From Massalongia carnosa (Eukaryota), in the NCBI GenBank assembly GCA_965645245.1, contig OZ287084.1, positions 1,488,001-1,552,000 of the forward strand: DNA of 64,000 nucleotides, in the 5' to 3' direction. The notes beneath the pieces are model-generated. The model saw only the letters and a program-made list of their open reading frames with translations, was not told the DNA's origin and did not search any database. Of this stretch, positions 1 to 12,451 are shown one piece after another; the stretch's first letter is position 1, and each line of letters begins with the position of its first letter. A program made the position numbers and the translations under genes.

Positions 1-447
1 CTAGTATAAGACCGTCGAACTAGCATGCGCAGTTAAGTGACTACCTTCATAGACACTTTCGTCCGGTGGCATGAAACTTATCATTATCACATCTGCTCAT
101 TTGTCGCATCACTTATTGCTATAAACATTTCCTGTGAAACGCACTTTTGCTCAAACCTTTCGCTTTTACCTTCTTCCGTTCACATCTCTCTCGGATCATC
201 TAGATTTCGGCCATTGCGGAGACATAGAACTTCAAACGAAACTCCAAAGAGTAAGTTACAGTATTTCTTCTCTTCAAATAACGAAGGTCGCGACTGTTCC
301 CTGATAATGAATTCTAATCCTCGAACTATCTTAACGCATCAGCGGTCGTCCTCTCATCCTCTCATTCTTATTCATCGCGGAAAGCCTCCTCAATTCAGGC
401 TTGGATTGCTGACATTGTTGATCAGTCGCAGGCTCCAGAACTAGACA

Positions 448-1385
448 TGGAGTTCACTGATGATGATAGAAGGCTACGGCAAGTACACTCGGTAAAGCGA
501 CGCGTCTCTGACCTGTCCGAAAGCTATTAACAACTCCAAGTGATAACCGAGGATAGATCCCGGAGCTCAATGAGCGAGGTTCTCTCGCTTCCCACCGATT
601 CCGTGAATACCAAGAACACAAGATCCTCCAACTTGATTAAGTCGATGGCGGGGTTCATAACGGCGGAGCCATCGATCAAGTACTTGGACTGGAATAACAC
701 GCAAGTCTTCACTTCGCCAGCCACGAGTAGCCTCTATAGAACGTTGTTATCGTACAGTCTGGGATTCAACATCATATCGATTTCGCTCATGGTATGAGTT
801 TGAAGTGCTCGCTACGAAAGAATATACCGCTGACGATGAATAGAAACGAGCGCATGCGGAATTCGGAGCCGTAGATTTTTTCAAAGACTCGGCGTCATTT
901 AGTAATGACACAAGCCGAAATGTTAAACAACTCAAAAAGGAATGGAATCATTTCAAGGATATACAAGTAGCGTCGCTAAAATGCGACGAACAAAAGGATT
1001 CAGCAGCTGGATGGAACGACGAAGTTCTTAGTTCAATGTTACGGCTCGCATTCGCGGGTTCTCCTTACTGCATCTCCGCCGGATATAAGAACATGTAACT
1101 CCTCCCGTCCTTGTAAAGTATGATGCTCACTGTTATTTGCGTAGTACCGCCGCAAGAATACAGCCAGCTCATCTGTATCCCACCAACACGAGTGGAAAAT
1201 CCGTGCCAGGAAAGATGGCTGACTTTGCCATCTTTCTCGAGCCAGATCAGGCTCTGTCATAAAAAATCACCGAAATTCTCGAGCCCGACGCTCCCAAGGC
1301 TTATTTCCTCAACAATTCTTCTTTCGAGCCCATTCGATACAAACCCGTTGTCATCAACATCGAGACGAAGCTATGCGCCAACGAG
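448..1385 (+). pseudogene. Fungal PD-(D/E)XK nuclease-like gene (PDDEXK_12-like), pseudogenised and truncated
   Basis: Translated pieces AAGWNDEVLSSMLRLAF, SVPGKMADFAIFLEP and SSFEPIRYKPVVINIETK resemble the WN..V / KM.D.A / IETK motifs of this family. Intron gtatga..gctgac..tag at about 792-843. Stops and frameshifts present; abuts piggyBac sequence at about 1385. Confidence 0.55.
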
Positions 1386-2798
1386 GTACAGCCATTCCTC
1401 GTTCATTTAATTGTCAATTGATGAACAGTTGATTTTATTCAGAGGGAGAAGTTGTCACACTATGCAAATTGCCACCAAAGCTGCTGGGGTAGGTTTTAAA
1501 ATCTACAGTCTATGTCAAGAAAATTATCTCTTTGATTTTCTTTTTACTTCAAAGGTAAGATGAAAGAAAAAAAGAAAAAACACTTTTCGTACTGACTTCG
1601 AAAGTAGGTGTCGAAAATTAGTGAACTGAAAAGCCCCCGTCAATTAAACTTTCCATCCACCAAGTGGAACTTAAAACCTTCATCCCTAGTTGTCATTCAA
1701 CTAAGCCAGAGTTTACCTTCCTACGAAACTTTGAAATACGTTATATTTCTAGATAACTTCTTCACCAGTACGAAGTTATTCAAAGCTTTATAAACCATGG
1801 GGATAGGTGCTTGTGGGACGGCTAAGGCCGGATGTGGATTTCCCATGGAACTTTTACGACTTCGTGCAGCTGCTACTAAGAATAAGGACTGGGGGAAAAA
1901 AGCTTTGATGACGGTCAAAGCTGATAAGAAATTAAACATTGAAGAAGGCGATGTGTTGTGTTTAGCTTGGGTGGATTTAAACACAGTACAATTTATGACT
2001 ACTACTCATACCATTGAGGATTTGTCAACTGTCGTCTATAAAGATTCTCAGCGTGGTCATGGAATTCCCAAAGATTCAGCTGTTACTATTAATGGTGATG
2101 CTAATGAAAAGAAGCTTCCATTTCCAATGCCTATCGTCGAATACAATCAACACATGGGTGGGTCGGATGGTAATGCACAACAACGATCGTACTATAATCC
2201 TCAGGCATCTGACCGTAGCTATTGGTGGCCTTTATTTATTTTTCTTTTGAAAGCAGCCGTGTGGAACGCCTTCAAGCTTTGGCAAATTCTGTACCCTAAT
2301 TCAGCGTTGAGTCATCGAGATTTTCAACAAGAAATAGTGAAAGCTTTACTCACTAATCAGGCTGGTGCCCTACGAAAAGGCCCATTAGAAGTCGTGGTAA
2401 TTTCTAATCGGAATGTCAAGTCGAATCCGTCCCCGTGCGAATGGGAGCATTTGTCTAAAAAGACATATTGCCTGTCCTGCAAAAGTCAACTACCTCAGCT
2501 CAAGCACGCCGACCATTAGAGGAAATGAATAAAAACTGCACCAAAAGAAGACGCGCATCTCAGACCATGTGGCAATGTAAGAGCCGTGGGCCTTGCTGCA
2601 AAAGGGAGTCGTGTTGGGACATTTTACATAGCCGCTAGACATTTTACCTAGGTAATGATAGCGATGTACTCATTTTTTACGAAAAGGTAAAATTCAGTAA
2701 ATCTGATTAGTCGGATTAAAGTTATTAGTCATTACCCGACTGACGGTGCTGTTAAATTCAACATTACCGAAATGGCTGCCATTTTGGCCAACCAAGGG
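1385..2798 (+). mobile_element. piggyBac-family DNA transposon, 5'-truncated, degenerate
   Basis: LSIDEQLILFRGRS, intron 1555-1607 (gtaaga..actgac..tag), VIFLDNFFTS, MGIGACGT, EYNQHMGGSD and a Cys-rich C-terminus. Stop at 1791 and a late frameshift. Probable right end ...ggccaaccaaggg at 2798. Confidence 0.85.
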
Positions 2799-2799
2799 A

Positions 2800-3100
2800 T
2801 AGCAGTCATGGCCTGCAGGGCTGAGCTAGAAATAATGGGGCTAAGCGAGTATTCCAATATTCAAGAGATAAATCCATCTCAAATGATGTGTGTTGTTAAT
2901 GTCACGGAATCGCTTCGCACCCTCCCGCTTGTCCTGATCGGGTTAGTATTTAACAGGGCCCATTGCTGTAAAACCTCACCCATCGTGCTCAGGCGTTCTT
3001 CTGCCGCCCTCAGCGCACTATCAATCTCCTACAATCCGTATTCCAATCTCAACGTCTCTACTATCCAGGCTTGTGCTTCAGCACAGATAAAGGCGGGATA
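2800..3100 (-). pseudogene. Unidentified intron-containing gene fragment
   Basis: Minus-strand intron gtgagg..tactaac..cag at 2979-2934; the flanking reading frames contain stops. Confidence 0.3.
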
Positions 3101-3110
3101 GGTCAAAGTA

Positions 3111-4394
3111 CACCTACGCCGGGGGGTTATTTGTTAGGGAGGTACAAAGCAGGGGGGGGGAGACAGGGGGGAAGACAGGGATTATTTTAGATCGGGCGCA
3201 ATAAAGTTGACCAATCAAACTTCTTTAAAATTTGGTATGCTTTTCTTCGGCATCAATATCTGCCTGACATCGCTCCATCATGGACTCGATCAGCTCATTT
3301 AACTGATCAGCACCGACCGCATCCCATGCCTCCCTCACTGCCTGACGTAGTTGACCGTAGGACAGTTTGTCTTCATTTCCATAGTGCATCTGAATCCAAT
3401 TTTTCATGATTTCCCATACAGTTTCTATAGGGTTCAAGTCAGGCGAGAATGGGGGCCATAGAATAGTCGAAATATCGCGTTCTTGAAGTTCCTGAATAGT
3501 AAAATTTGCTGCATGGCCAGGCGCGTTGTCTTGCATGAATTGTAGCTCCGGATGCATACGTATCCAACTATGTACAAGAGGCACTATACGCTCGCAGTAT
3601 GATTCCTTATTGATAGTCCCCCAATCCTTCTCCCAAAAGAGATATGGCCCTTTTTGTATGCCCGCAAAGCAGCCCCAAAACATCCATCCGCCTTGTCGTC
3701 TCAAACGAGGAACAATACAGGTAGGGTCCAACTCTTCATGAGCTCGTCTGGTTACCCATAAGCGTTGATGACGCGTGCCGTTGACCCAAGTCTCGTCGCT
3801 CCACAGTATAAAATTCCATTGCTCTTTCGTCCAGTTTAAATGCTCCAATGACCATTCCAATCGTCGCAGGCGATTTTCTTCGGAAATCGGAGGTTTGCTA
3901 CGAGCAATGCGTCTCGAAAATCCTTCTTTTTTCAATGCTTTTCGTATAACATCTTCAGAGACATTCCAACCAAGCTTCCAAGCTAGTTGAGCGTAAGAAA
4001 GTCGCCTGTTTTCTGCAGAAGCGCATACGAAATTGATTAACATTTGACGAGCATCGTCACTAATAATGCTGCGTGGGCCGCAATTTTTTTCTGCGGAGTA
4101 GGGCGACCAGCGGTGCAGGAGTATTGGACTTGACGAATGGTAATGCCCAAATGTTTAACAATTTGCTCGTATGACCATCCAATTTCTCTTAATGTGGTGA
4201 CCTGAATACGCTGGTCTCGCGTTAAATCAGACTGCTTTTTGGGCGTTGAGGGGGGGGGCACTGTTGCTTCCATTCTGAATGATCGAAATGAATTTTCTTT
4301 TTGGGATGAGATGCCTAAGAAGTAAACCTCAAAAGGTTAGCGGATTTTTACCCCTGCATGTACACCACTAACAAATAACCCCCCGGAAAAGGTG
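3111..4394 (-). mobile_element. Tc1-like (DD34E) DNA transposon, full length, frameshifted transposase
   Basis: Imperfect ~45-bp TIRs (cacc..ccggggggttatttgttag..gtaca..gcagggg) with TA at 3109-3110 and 4395-4396. ORFs 4273-4037 (HTH) and 4043-3225 (SDETW, QDNAPGH, SPDLNPIE; 34 residues between D and E). Confidence 0.92.
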
Positions 4395-5188
4395 TAATCA
4401 TGTTAAGGAATTAGTATAGGAACATGTTGCGAATGCCAAGCCAGCTAGATCATATCTGACGTAATGTGCGAATGCCCTCGCGTATTTTACTGATATGGGA
4501 ATAGTTACATCTGAGAATTTCTGTTATCTTCGATGCTTAGAAATTCAGGTCTATAGACGTTCGAGGAGAATCTCGAATGTTCTGTGATCAACATGTATAT
4601 AATATCACTCTTACGCATAGCTTAGAGATTAGTCGCAATAATCTGAATTATTTCATTCATAGAAGTTCTTTACTATCCAGAGACTTCTGGCACTCTGCCA
4701 CATTTTTTCTGTGCATTTGGTCCATCATTCTCCATCCATCCCTCCTATTTTAAACAGAACAGAGATGGGGCAAGTCGAGAATAGGAGAGTTGAAAGCCAT
4801 AGCTATAAAGTCTATTGGTTTCCCAGGTGTTTAGAGCTCTTCATCGGACGTCTTGTGTATTATTCTCAACTTCTAGTTTTAGCATATCTAGATATCCGTT
4901 CTGCAAGATAGAGTCTTGTATCTCTCCAGCCCTCCCCTGACAGTCAATGAGACCTGTTAACAAGAACTAAGCTAAGTCGAATCGAGGTTTTGAATGAGAT
5001 TCGTTGAAATGACGAACGTGACGTGCTCCGGGGATATGAGATCATGCATCGAGTAACCCGATTGGGGTTTAGTCTATATTGTACTGAAGTAGTTCCCCTG
5101 CTACTTTGGGCAACACTACCTTATTCGGTTAGATTTAACCCGAAAAAGGCAACGCGGCTTGCGGAACAGTACTGAATTATCAAATAAT

Positions 5189-5657
5189 TGTCAGGGCATA
5201 GAAGGAATATGGGCTAAGCTAACTAAGCGGGGCTTAGTTCTACGGCTAGGCTTAGTCATATGGAAAGCAGTTGGTCTGCGTTACGCGGCTGGTATCTACT
5301 GCCGAGAGTATAGTACGAGCGATCGAGATATACGAGGATGCTCGTACGATTAGTGAGCGAATGGTACGATACAGTCAGCACAGTATCAACGATGCAGTCA
5401 GCAGAGTGTTTAGCCGGCTTATCCGGTAGGAGTAATGGGCGGTCAAGATAGTTACAGTATCAAGGGCCCAGAGGGTCAGGGGCTTCGGTCCGGGTATATA
5501 AGGAGGCTGCTCGAGGGAGATGCAATCTTCAACGATTAGTCTTCCGCTTTACCTACATACTTCTTTTAGTATATTAGTATAGCAAATCATTAGTGTCTTC
5601 ACATTGTCACATATCCCTAGGCCTGGTGTCTGATAATCGCCAGGTCTGACTCTTACA
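5189..5657 (+). mobile_element. Solo LTR (469 bp)
   Basis: TG...CA ends, perfect 5-bp TSD ATAAT (5184-5188 and 5658-5662), TATATAA near 5495. Confidence 0.85.
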
Positions 5658-6177
5658 ATAATGCGGAAAGGACGCCGTACGGAAAGGACCAAAAAGAGGC
5701 ACCTCATTGCGAGCATGCATTTCATCGTATGATATCGTAAAACTTTGCAGACCTATGAATCATATCAATCATAGTTGATATCTCGAAACGTGCGTGCTTT
5801 TTCGCCCGTTTGTCGTGGGGGGAGGAGGTCTCTTCGCGAAGTATCAGATTTTCTTTGAAATCCTCCATAAGAGGTTTAGCGCGGACTCGATTTGGTTTAC
5901 GGTGCTTTTCGTGTTGTTTACCTATCATCGCAGCTCTTTTCACCGTAGCCTTTTCACCGTAGCTCTTTTCACCGCAGCTTTTATCCATTTCAATTAGGTA
6001 AAGAATCTTTTCCATCGTAGCTCCCTTCATCTCAGCCGGCTAATAATTCTATCTATTTTAGCTCTTCATGTCTCAACACGTTTTTGCTCTTACTCAGGCC
6101 TCCGCACGTTCCGTAAATCAAATCGAACGATGCCGCAAAAATATAAACAATAACAACAATTCGCCGTACGGCGTTCT

Positions 6178-6701
6178 TGTCAAGGGACTGGATTGGATGG
6201 TCAAGCTTTCTAATTGACTGAGTCTATAGCTACAGCTAGGCTAGATTGACTATTCAAGACGTCGGACAAGGAGCCAGAACTTTCGAGATTCGACCCCTTC
6301 TTTTATATCTGTTCCTCACCTCCTTACCCCTTTGTTTCCTTGATCTTCGATGTCTCCTATTCATCTCCTTTTCCTAAGTTAATACGAAGACACCTAATGG
6401 GGACCGGGTAATTATGGTTTCGAAGATCGGAGGCGGAGCCGTACTCGATCTAACCGCATCGAGAAAGGTTGGAACAGCGCGTACTGACCAATGAAGCTGT
6501 GGTAGGTCTAATGAACCTGCGGTAGGTACAATGAACCCGCTGTAGGTCCAATGAACCAGCGGTAGTTCCAATGAACCTGCGTTAGGTCCAATGAACCAGC
6601 GGTAGCTCCAATGAACCTGCGGTACGGTAGGTAGGGACAGGATAGAGGGGGCAACTAGGGATAAGGCCGAGATCCTTTTGGTTCGAAGCCGTTTCATGAC
6701 A
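6178..6701 (-). mobile_element. Solo LTR with internal 20-bp tandem repeat
   Basis: tgtcaagg...ttcatgaca ends and caagacgtcggac shared with the LTR at 20020-20459. TSD gttct/gtttt (1 mismatch). Confidence 0.8.
6488..6627. repeat. 7 x 20-bp tandem repeat (consensus ccaatgaacctgcggtaggt)
   Basis: Units start every 20 bp from 6488 to 6608. Confidence 0.9.
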
Positions 6702-7172
6702 GTTTTTCGGGTAAGAATTCTCATTTGAATTTTGAAGTTTTGATTAATGATTTTATTAGGTGCAAAAACAAACTCCTGTTATTCATTCGCGATCCCGTTT
6801 TGTTTCTTCAGACGCTCCTATTTTTTCTTCTATCGTTTCCGAATTTCGGGTTGACGCGTTATCGAGTGCAAAAATAAAATATTTATCGCTCGCACGAGAA
6901 CGTGAACTCGATACAGGAATGTGAACGGAAGATATTTTGACGAAAAAAATTGACGATAATATAGATAAGACTCGAGATGGACGAGCTTATAATCACGTCA
7001 AACGACATATAATAGAAAAATCGGGTTGGAAGGGAGAAAACGTAGTCGATTATTCTTATGCTTCTAGAGTGCCTCATTATCGACAGCTTCGAGAAAATAG
7101 ACGAATTCAAGATGCACGAGACGAAAAAGCTAAAGAAGCTATGCGAAAAGCGGCGGAAATTTTTTTTTATAA

Positions 7173-7329
7173 TGTAATAGGGTAGGCCTAGTATGCGTTC
7201 GTTGAACGTAAGACTGGCCTATGTGGCTATGTGGGATACGTACAGCCAAAACAACCACCAAGACAATAAGGTCCCGCCTAACCCAGTTAGGCATAGTGTG
7301 GGGACTTAACTTATTATGGAGGTGTTTTC
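7173..7329 (+). mobile_element. LINE 3'-UTR fragment (near-identical inverted copy at about 44310-44467)
   Basis: About 157 bp reverse-complement match to 44310-44467, where it adjoins a LINE ORF2 zinc-knuckle remnant. Confidence 0.7.
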
Positions 7330-7679
7330 GTAGTACACGAAGTATCCCCTCGCCTCGCCTCACCTCCCCTAGCTCACCTGCCTAGTCTTATCTACCCGTG
7401 TCTTTCGGTCTCCGAAGTATTTCGGAGACCGAAAATACCAGGTAGTATGTGCAAGGTATGGAAGAAGAGCTTAGGTTATGGATTGTCCTATCTTATATAG
7501 ATCAATGATCAAGCACTTCAAAATGGTAGCATTTAGTCTACCCTTTGACCCGACCCAACCTATTTGTACCTCTATTGTGACCATCACGTTGTGTAGCCCC
7601 TGTGGATCCCCTCTTCCAGTAGTGAATGCCTGCTGGGAGACGGTCTCCCCGTTTCATATAACGGGGGAGATAGATATTG

Positions 7680-8270
7680 AGGCTATTCAAGAAGCTATCT
7701 GATAGCTTTTTGGGAAACTATTTGGGAGAATATTTGAAAGGCTATTTGAAAAGCAGCAGAGATTATCTGGGAGACTATTTGGAAGGCTAATTGGAAAGTT
7801 ATTTGGGAGGTTATATGGGAGATTATTTGATAGCTATCTGGGAGGCTATTTGAAGCGTTATTTGAAAAGCAGCGCAGAATATCTGGAAGGCTATTTGGGA
7901 GACTATATGAAAGCGGTGAAGACTATCTGGGAGGCTATTTGGGAAGCTTTATGCGAGGCGATTTGAAAGGCTATTTGGGAGGCTATTTGAGATGCTATCT
8001 GAAAAGCAGCGGAGACTATTTGGGAGGCTATTTGGTAGCTATTTAGGGGAATATTTGGGAGGCTATTTGGGAGATATTTAAGAAATACTTAGGAGTTAAT
8101 TAAAGGCTATTTGGGAGGCTATTTGAGAGGCTACTTAAGAGGCTTTTTGGGAGGCTTTCTGGGAGACTATCTGAAAAGCAGCGGGGACTATTTGAAAGGC
8201 TATTAGGGACTAGATGAGGGGCCTTATAAAAATCAGCGGAGGCTATCTGGGAGACTATTTGGAAGATGCT
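7680..8270. repeat. Degenerate ~12-bp minisatellite (GAGGCTATTTGG) with a recurring gaaaagcagcggagactat unit
   Basis: Dozens of imperfect gaggctatttggga units, lying 3' of the Gypsy pol that ends at 8448. Confidence 0.85.
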
Positions 8271-8447
8271 TTGACAGATGCTTTGGCGGGTGCCAAGGAG
8301 GAGATGGCGCAGGGCCGTTGCGGAGCGAAGCGGAGCAGGTCCGGAGCAGAAATTAGAGATATTTTGAGATTCGCATGAAAAAATAGCAAGCCAAATAGTA
8401 AGTAAATGAAAAGTAGTAGTAAATTAGATTTTTTCATTCGAAACATC

Positions 8448-11400
8448 TCAGGTCTGAGATGGCACAACCTTTTCGATAGACTTTCTGCAGTCGGTCCATG
8501 GTTGCCAAGGTGGGTCGGCGTTCCATTCGTCCCAATTTCCAATATATGTGGCCTTATACTGTACCCCAAATTTCCTTGTCTCTCGACAGTCCACTATCTC
8601 TAAGATTTCCCACTCTTCATGTGTTGCCTCCTCATCGTTCTCGGTGATCAAGACAGGTGGGCCGGGAGGCAGTACTTGCCCTGGGAACGGATTGGACGGA
8701 GCGAGATGCAACTTCCATGGATGAAATATTGGGGCGAGTCCCACATTCTTTAATGCTGTGGTATGTCAAGCTCATATGCCTTGTTATCGATTATCCTAAC
8801 AATTTTCCAGGGACCAACGTTTTTAAACCCGAGGGAACGACTTGGACGCTCTGATGCGAAATGTTTAGCATTAACGTACACTAAATCACCCACTTTGTAT
8901 TCTGGGTGTGGTTGACGATCTTTGTTAGCATGTCGTGTTTGTTCTTCCTGGGCCCATGTTAGCTGATTTCTTAACCATTCTCGCATTGCTTCCTGGCGAG
9001 CGACTATTTTGTCAGCATGAAGTATCTCGGCTTTTCCCTTTTCTTCATATGTTCCTGGAGGCTCTATTCCCGAACGAGGATGAAAGCCGTGATCTGCGAA
9101 GAATGGTGTCATTCCTGTCGAAACGTTAACATTATTGTTGACGGCGAACTCGGCATCTGAAAGATAGTCGATCCAGTTGTCCTGAGCATAATTGATGTAT
9201 GATCAAAGGTAGTTCTTCATTACTTTATTTGCATTCTCAGTTTGACCATCCGTTTCTGGATGATACGCTGAAGAGAACTTTATCTTTACTCCGTATCTTT
9301 CACAAATTCTTTTCCACAGATGAGCAGTCAGCTGACTGCCTCGATCGTTTACCGTTGACAATGGAAAGCCATACGAGGAGAAGAGTCGTCGAGACATGGC
9401 GTCCATTAATTCGTCGGTGGAGAGTGACGTAAGCGGTTCGTATAATCGTCTTTTGGTTAGACGGTCTACTATCACTAATATGTGTTGATACACTCTATTC
9501 CTTCGCCGACATTCCGGCAAAAACTCCACAAAATCTAAAGAGACGTCTGTCCATTTTCTGTTTGGTATGGGTAGAGGATTCAGTAAGCCCTGTTTCTTGA
9601 CATTGTATGATTTTGACCTTCGACAAATGGAGCAGTTCACTGCGTATCTTTTGCAGTGATCCTTCATGTCGAACCAGAAATAGTTTTCCATCAGTGACTG
9701 ATACATGCTTTTATATCCCGGGTGTCCTTGCAGAGGAGGTTCGTGATGTTTCTGCAACAGGCATAATTGAAGGGGTTCATGATCTGGGACATACAGCCTT
9801 TCTATGACATATAGTCTTTCATCTTTCACTTTGAGATCTCCCATGGCTAATTTGATCCCTTTCTTTATAAGATGCGATGGAAGCTTGCGAAGTTCTCGTG
9901 TTTTGGCAGCGATTATGTCTTGAACTACTTCATCTTTTTCATAAGCTTCTTCAATTAGTTCTTCTAGAGGTTCCGCTGATGGATCTTCTTCCGAATCGTC
10001 GCCTAGTTCTTTCACCGAATTTTCATTTAAGATCTGACTCTGAGCCTCTTCATCGTCCTCGATGTCCTGAGGTTCCTCGGCTTCTTCGTCAGTGTCATTT
10101 GTTCTTGTGTTTGCACAGAAGATCACTGATAATGCCTTCTTTACGTCATCGTCCAGTTGATGCTCCTGTAGCAATGTCTGGAATTGATGTTGTTGTCGAG
10201 AGTCGTCAACCCCTTTTGGAAGATCTTGAGAACGTCGAGTAAGTGTGTCCGGCTTTTCGCCTTGTCTGCCCGGTCGATACATGATTTTGAAATTGAACTC
10301 CGAAAGGAATTCAGCCCATCGGGCCTGTCTGCGGTTCAATTGCTTTGTCGTCATAAAGTGTTCCAGGTTTTTATGATCAGTATAAACTTTGATTGGCTGG
10401 TCAGGCGCAGCACTTGCTGCCTCGGGCCGCCAGACTTCGAAGCTCTTTATGATAACGAGGAGTTCCTTATCATATATCATGTAATTACATTCGGCCGGTG
10501 TCATCTTCTTGGAGAAATATGCTACCGGTCTGAGCACTCCGTCATGCATCTGAGATAAGACTCCGGCAGTGACGAAATCCGAAGAGTCTATTTCTATCCA
10601 TGTCTCTAGAGAAGGATCGTAGTGCGCTAACACTGGTGCAGTAGTGAAGGCCTCTTTCAAATCTTCGAAAGCTTTTTTACAATCTTCGGTCCAGATGAAC
10701 ACGTTATATCGGGTTCTCTTCTTGCCCGACTTGGTCGTTATTTGTTCCCCTTTTGTTAATTCCGTCAGAGACCTTGTACGCTGAGAGAACTTTGATATGA
10801 ATCGTCGATAGAAGTTTGCAAAGCCTAGAAAAGCTTGCACGTCCTTCACGGACTCCGGAGTTTCACATTTCAAAATCGCTTCAATCTTCTCGGAATCCAT
10901 TTGTATTCCTTCAGTGGTGACTATAAGTCCGAGGTATTTTACTCTAGTCACCGAGAATTCACATTTGTCAATGTCAACTTGGAGTCCTCGTTCCCCTAAG
11001 CGTTTAAGAACCTTCAAGACGTGATCTGAATGTTCTTCCTCATTATCACTGTAGATCAAGACGTCATCTAGATAAGCAGTACAAAAGACGTCTAAATATT
11101 CCCGAACAGAATTATTTATATAACTCTGAAAAGTCCCTGGAGCATTGCATAAACCGAAAGGCATGACCAGATATTCGAACTGACCATATCTTGTGTTAAA
11201 AGCGGTAAGCCATTCATGTCCTTCTTTTACTCGAAGACGATTGAATGCCGTAATAACGTCTAGTTTCGTGAAGCGTTTTGCCTGCGAGAGTTTTCCGAGC
11301 GTCTCGTTAATTAGGGGAATAGGATATCGATTCTTTACTGTGATGGCATTCAAGGCTCGATAGTCCACACAAAATCTCAGTCCACCACCTGGTTATCGAA

Positions 11401-12450
11401 CTAGAAGGACTGGAGCAGCTGCTGTCGACGAACTAGGACGAATGAATCCCTTTCCCATATGTTCGTCAATATACTTCTTGACAGCTTCCAATTCCTGTTC
11501 TGACATAGGCTTATAGTTCCTGACATAAGGGGGTTCTTTTCCGTCCATGAGGTTGATCTCGTGATCCTCCTTACGATGTTCCGGTAGTTCGTCTGCTTTA
11601 TGCTTCATAAAGACTTCTATCATGCTATGATACTCTGAGGGAGTTTTCTTCAACAATTCTTCGCGGGAGTACTCGGGTTTGCCTTTCATAAACTTGTCAT
11701 AATTCTTTGAGGTGACGGCCCCAGTGGTTGTGGCACAGAAGGTCTTATGTTCTCGGGGAGTCCATAAATATCCCTCGTGATCTTTCTTCCTAACCATCCG
11801 AAAGAAATGTTTCGCATTGACCGGAAGGACTTCGATATCGTCTTTTGTTCCGATCCTATTCTTTGCCCTACTTCCAACAGCAAATTCGGTGCAGGTTATT
11901 CCACGCGAAAGGCATCCCATTTCCAAGCAATCGGCAGAGTTAAACTTCATCATTCGCTCTTTCCAGTCCATGCTGGGGTTGTGAGTTTGTAGCCACCCAT
12001 CTCCTAGAATAATCGCGTACACGTCCAGTTTTGCTACATAGCAAAGGACTTGTTCTTGATGATCCCCGATTTTGACGTCGACTAGGGCGGTCCTCGTGAG
12101 AAGTTGGGCAACCTCTCCGTTTCCAAGGGTCAGTTTAACCCCCGTTTCTAATTTAGAGGTGTTCAGTTTATTTATACGCGCGAAGGATTCATCAATGAGC
12201 TCAGCCTCACTTCCATTATCAACAAGTAAACGAGTTTTAATTCCAGCTATGCTAGTTTTAAATACTAGATGCTTGCCCTCGATCTTCTTTTCAGTATCGA
12301 GAACAGCACAACTAGAGACCCTTACTGTCTTCATTTCAGCGCTACCAATTTTCACAAATGACATCTTTCTTAAGACGTCCTTGATCGCGATTTTGATCAA
12401 GGACTAAGCTTTTCCCGACTCGGAATCAGAGTCAATCTCAACAATTCTTG
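8448..12450 (-). mobile_element. Ty3/Gypsy chromovirus pol region (PR-RT-RH-IN-chromo), degenerate; most of gag lost
   Basis: LVDNGSEA protease, YLDDVL RT, DSSDF/TDHKNL RNase H, HHCC and ETDGQTE integrase, chromodomain EWEILEIVD. Several frameshifts. Gag tail ...DSESGKA* with GGGAAAA at about 12410-12416. Confidence 0.93.
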
Positions 12451-12451
12451 T

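Noticed and set aside
2880..2980. DnaJ-like motif (KY*PDQDKREGAKRFRDINN) on the minus strand
   Set aside because: It overlaps a clear intron with a TACTAAC branch site and contains a stop; likely coincidental.
4401..5114. Additional solo LTRs (4425-4701 and 4955-5114)
   Set aside because: LTR-like composition and TG..CA ends, but no matching TSD or second copy.
6937..7185. 82-aa ORF as a real gene
   Set aside because: TTG start, no recognisable domain, lies in degenerate sequence and runs into a LINE UTR.
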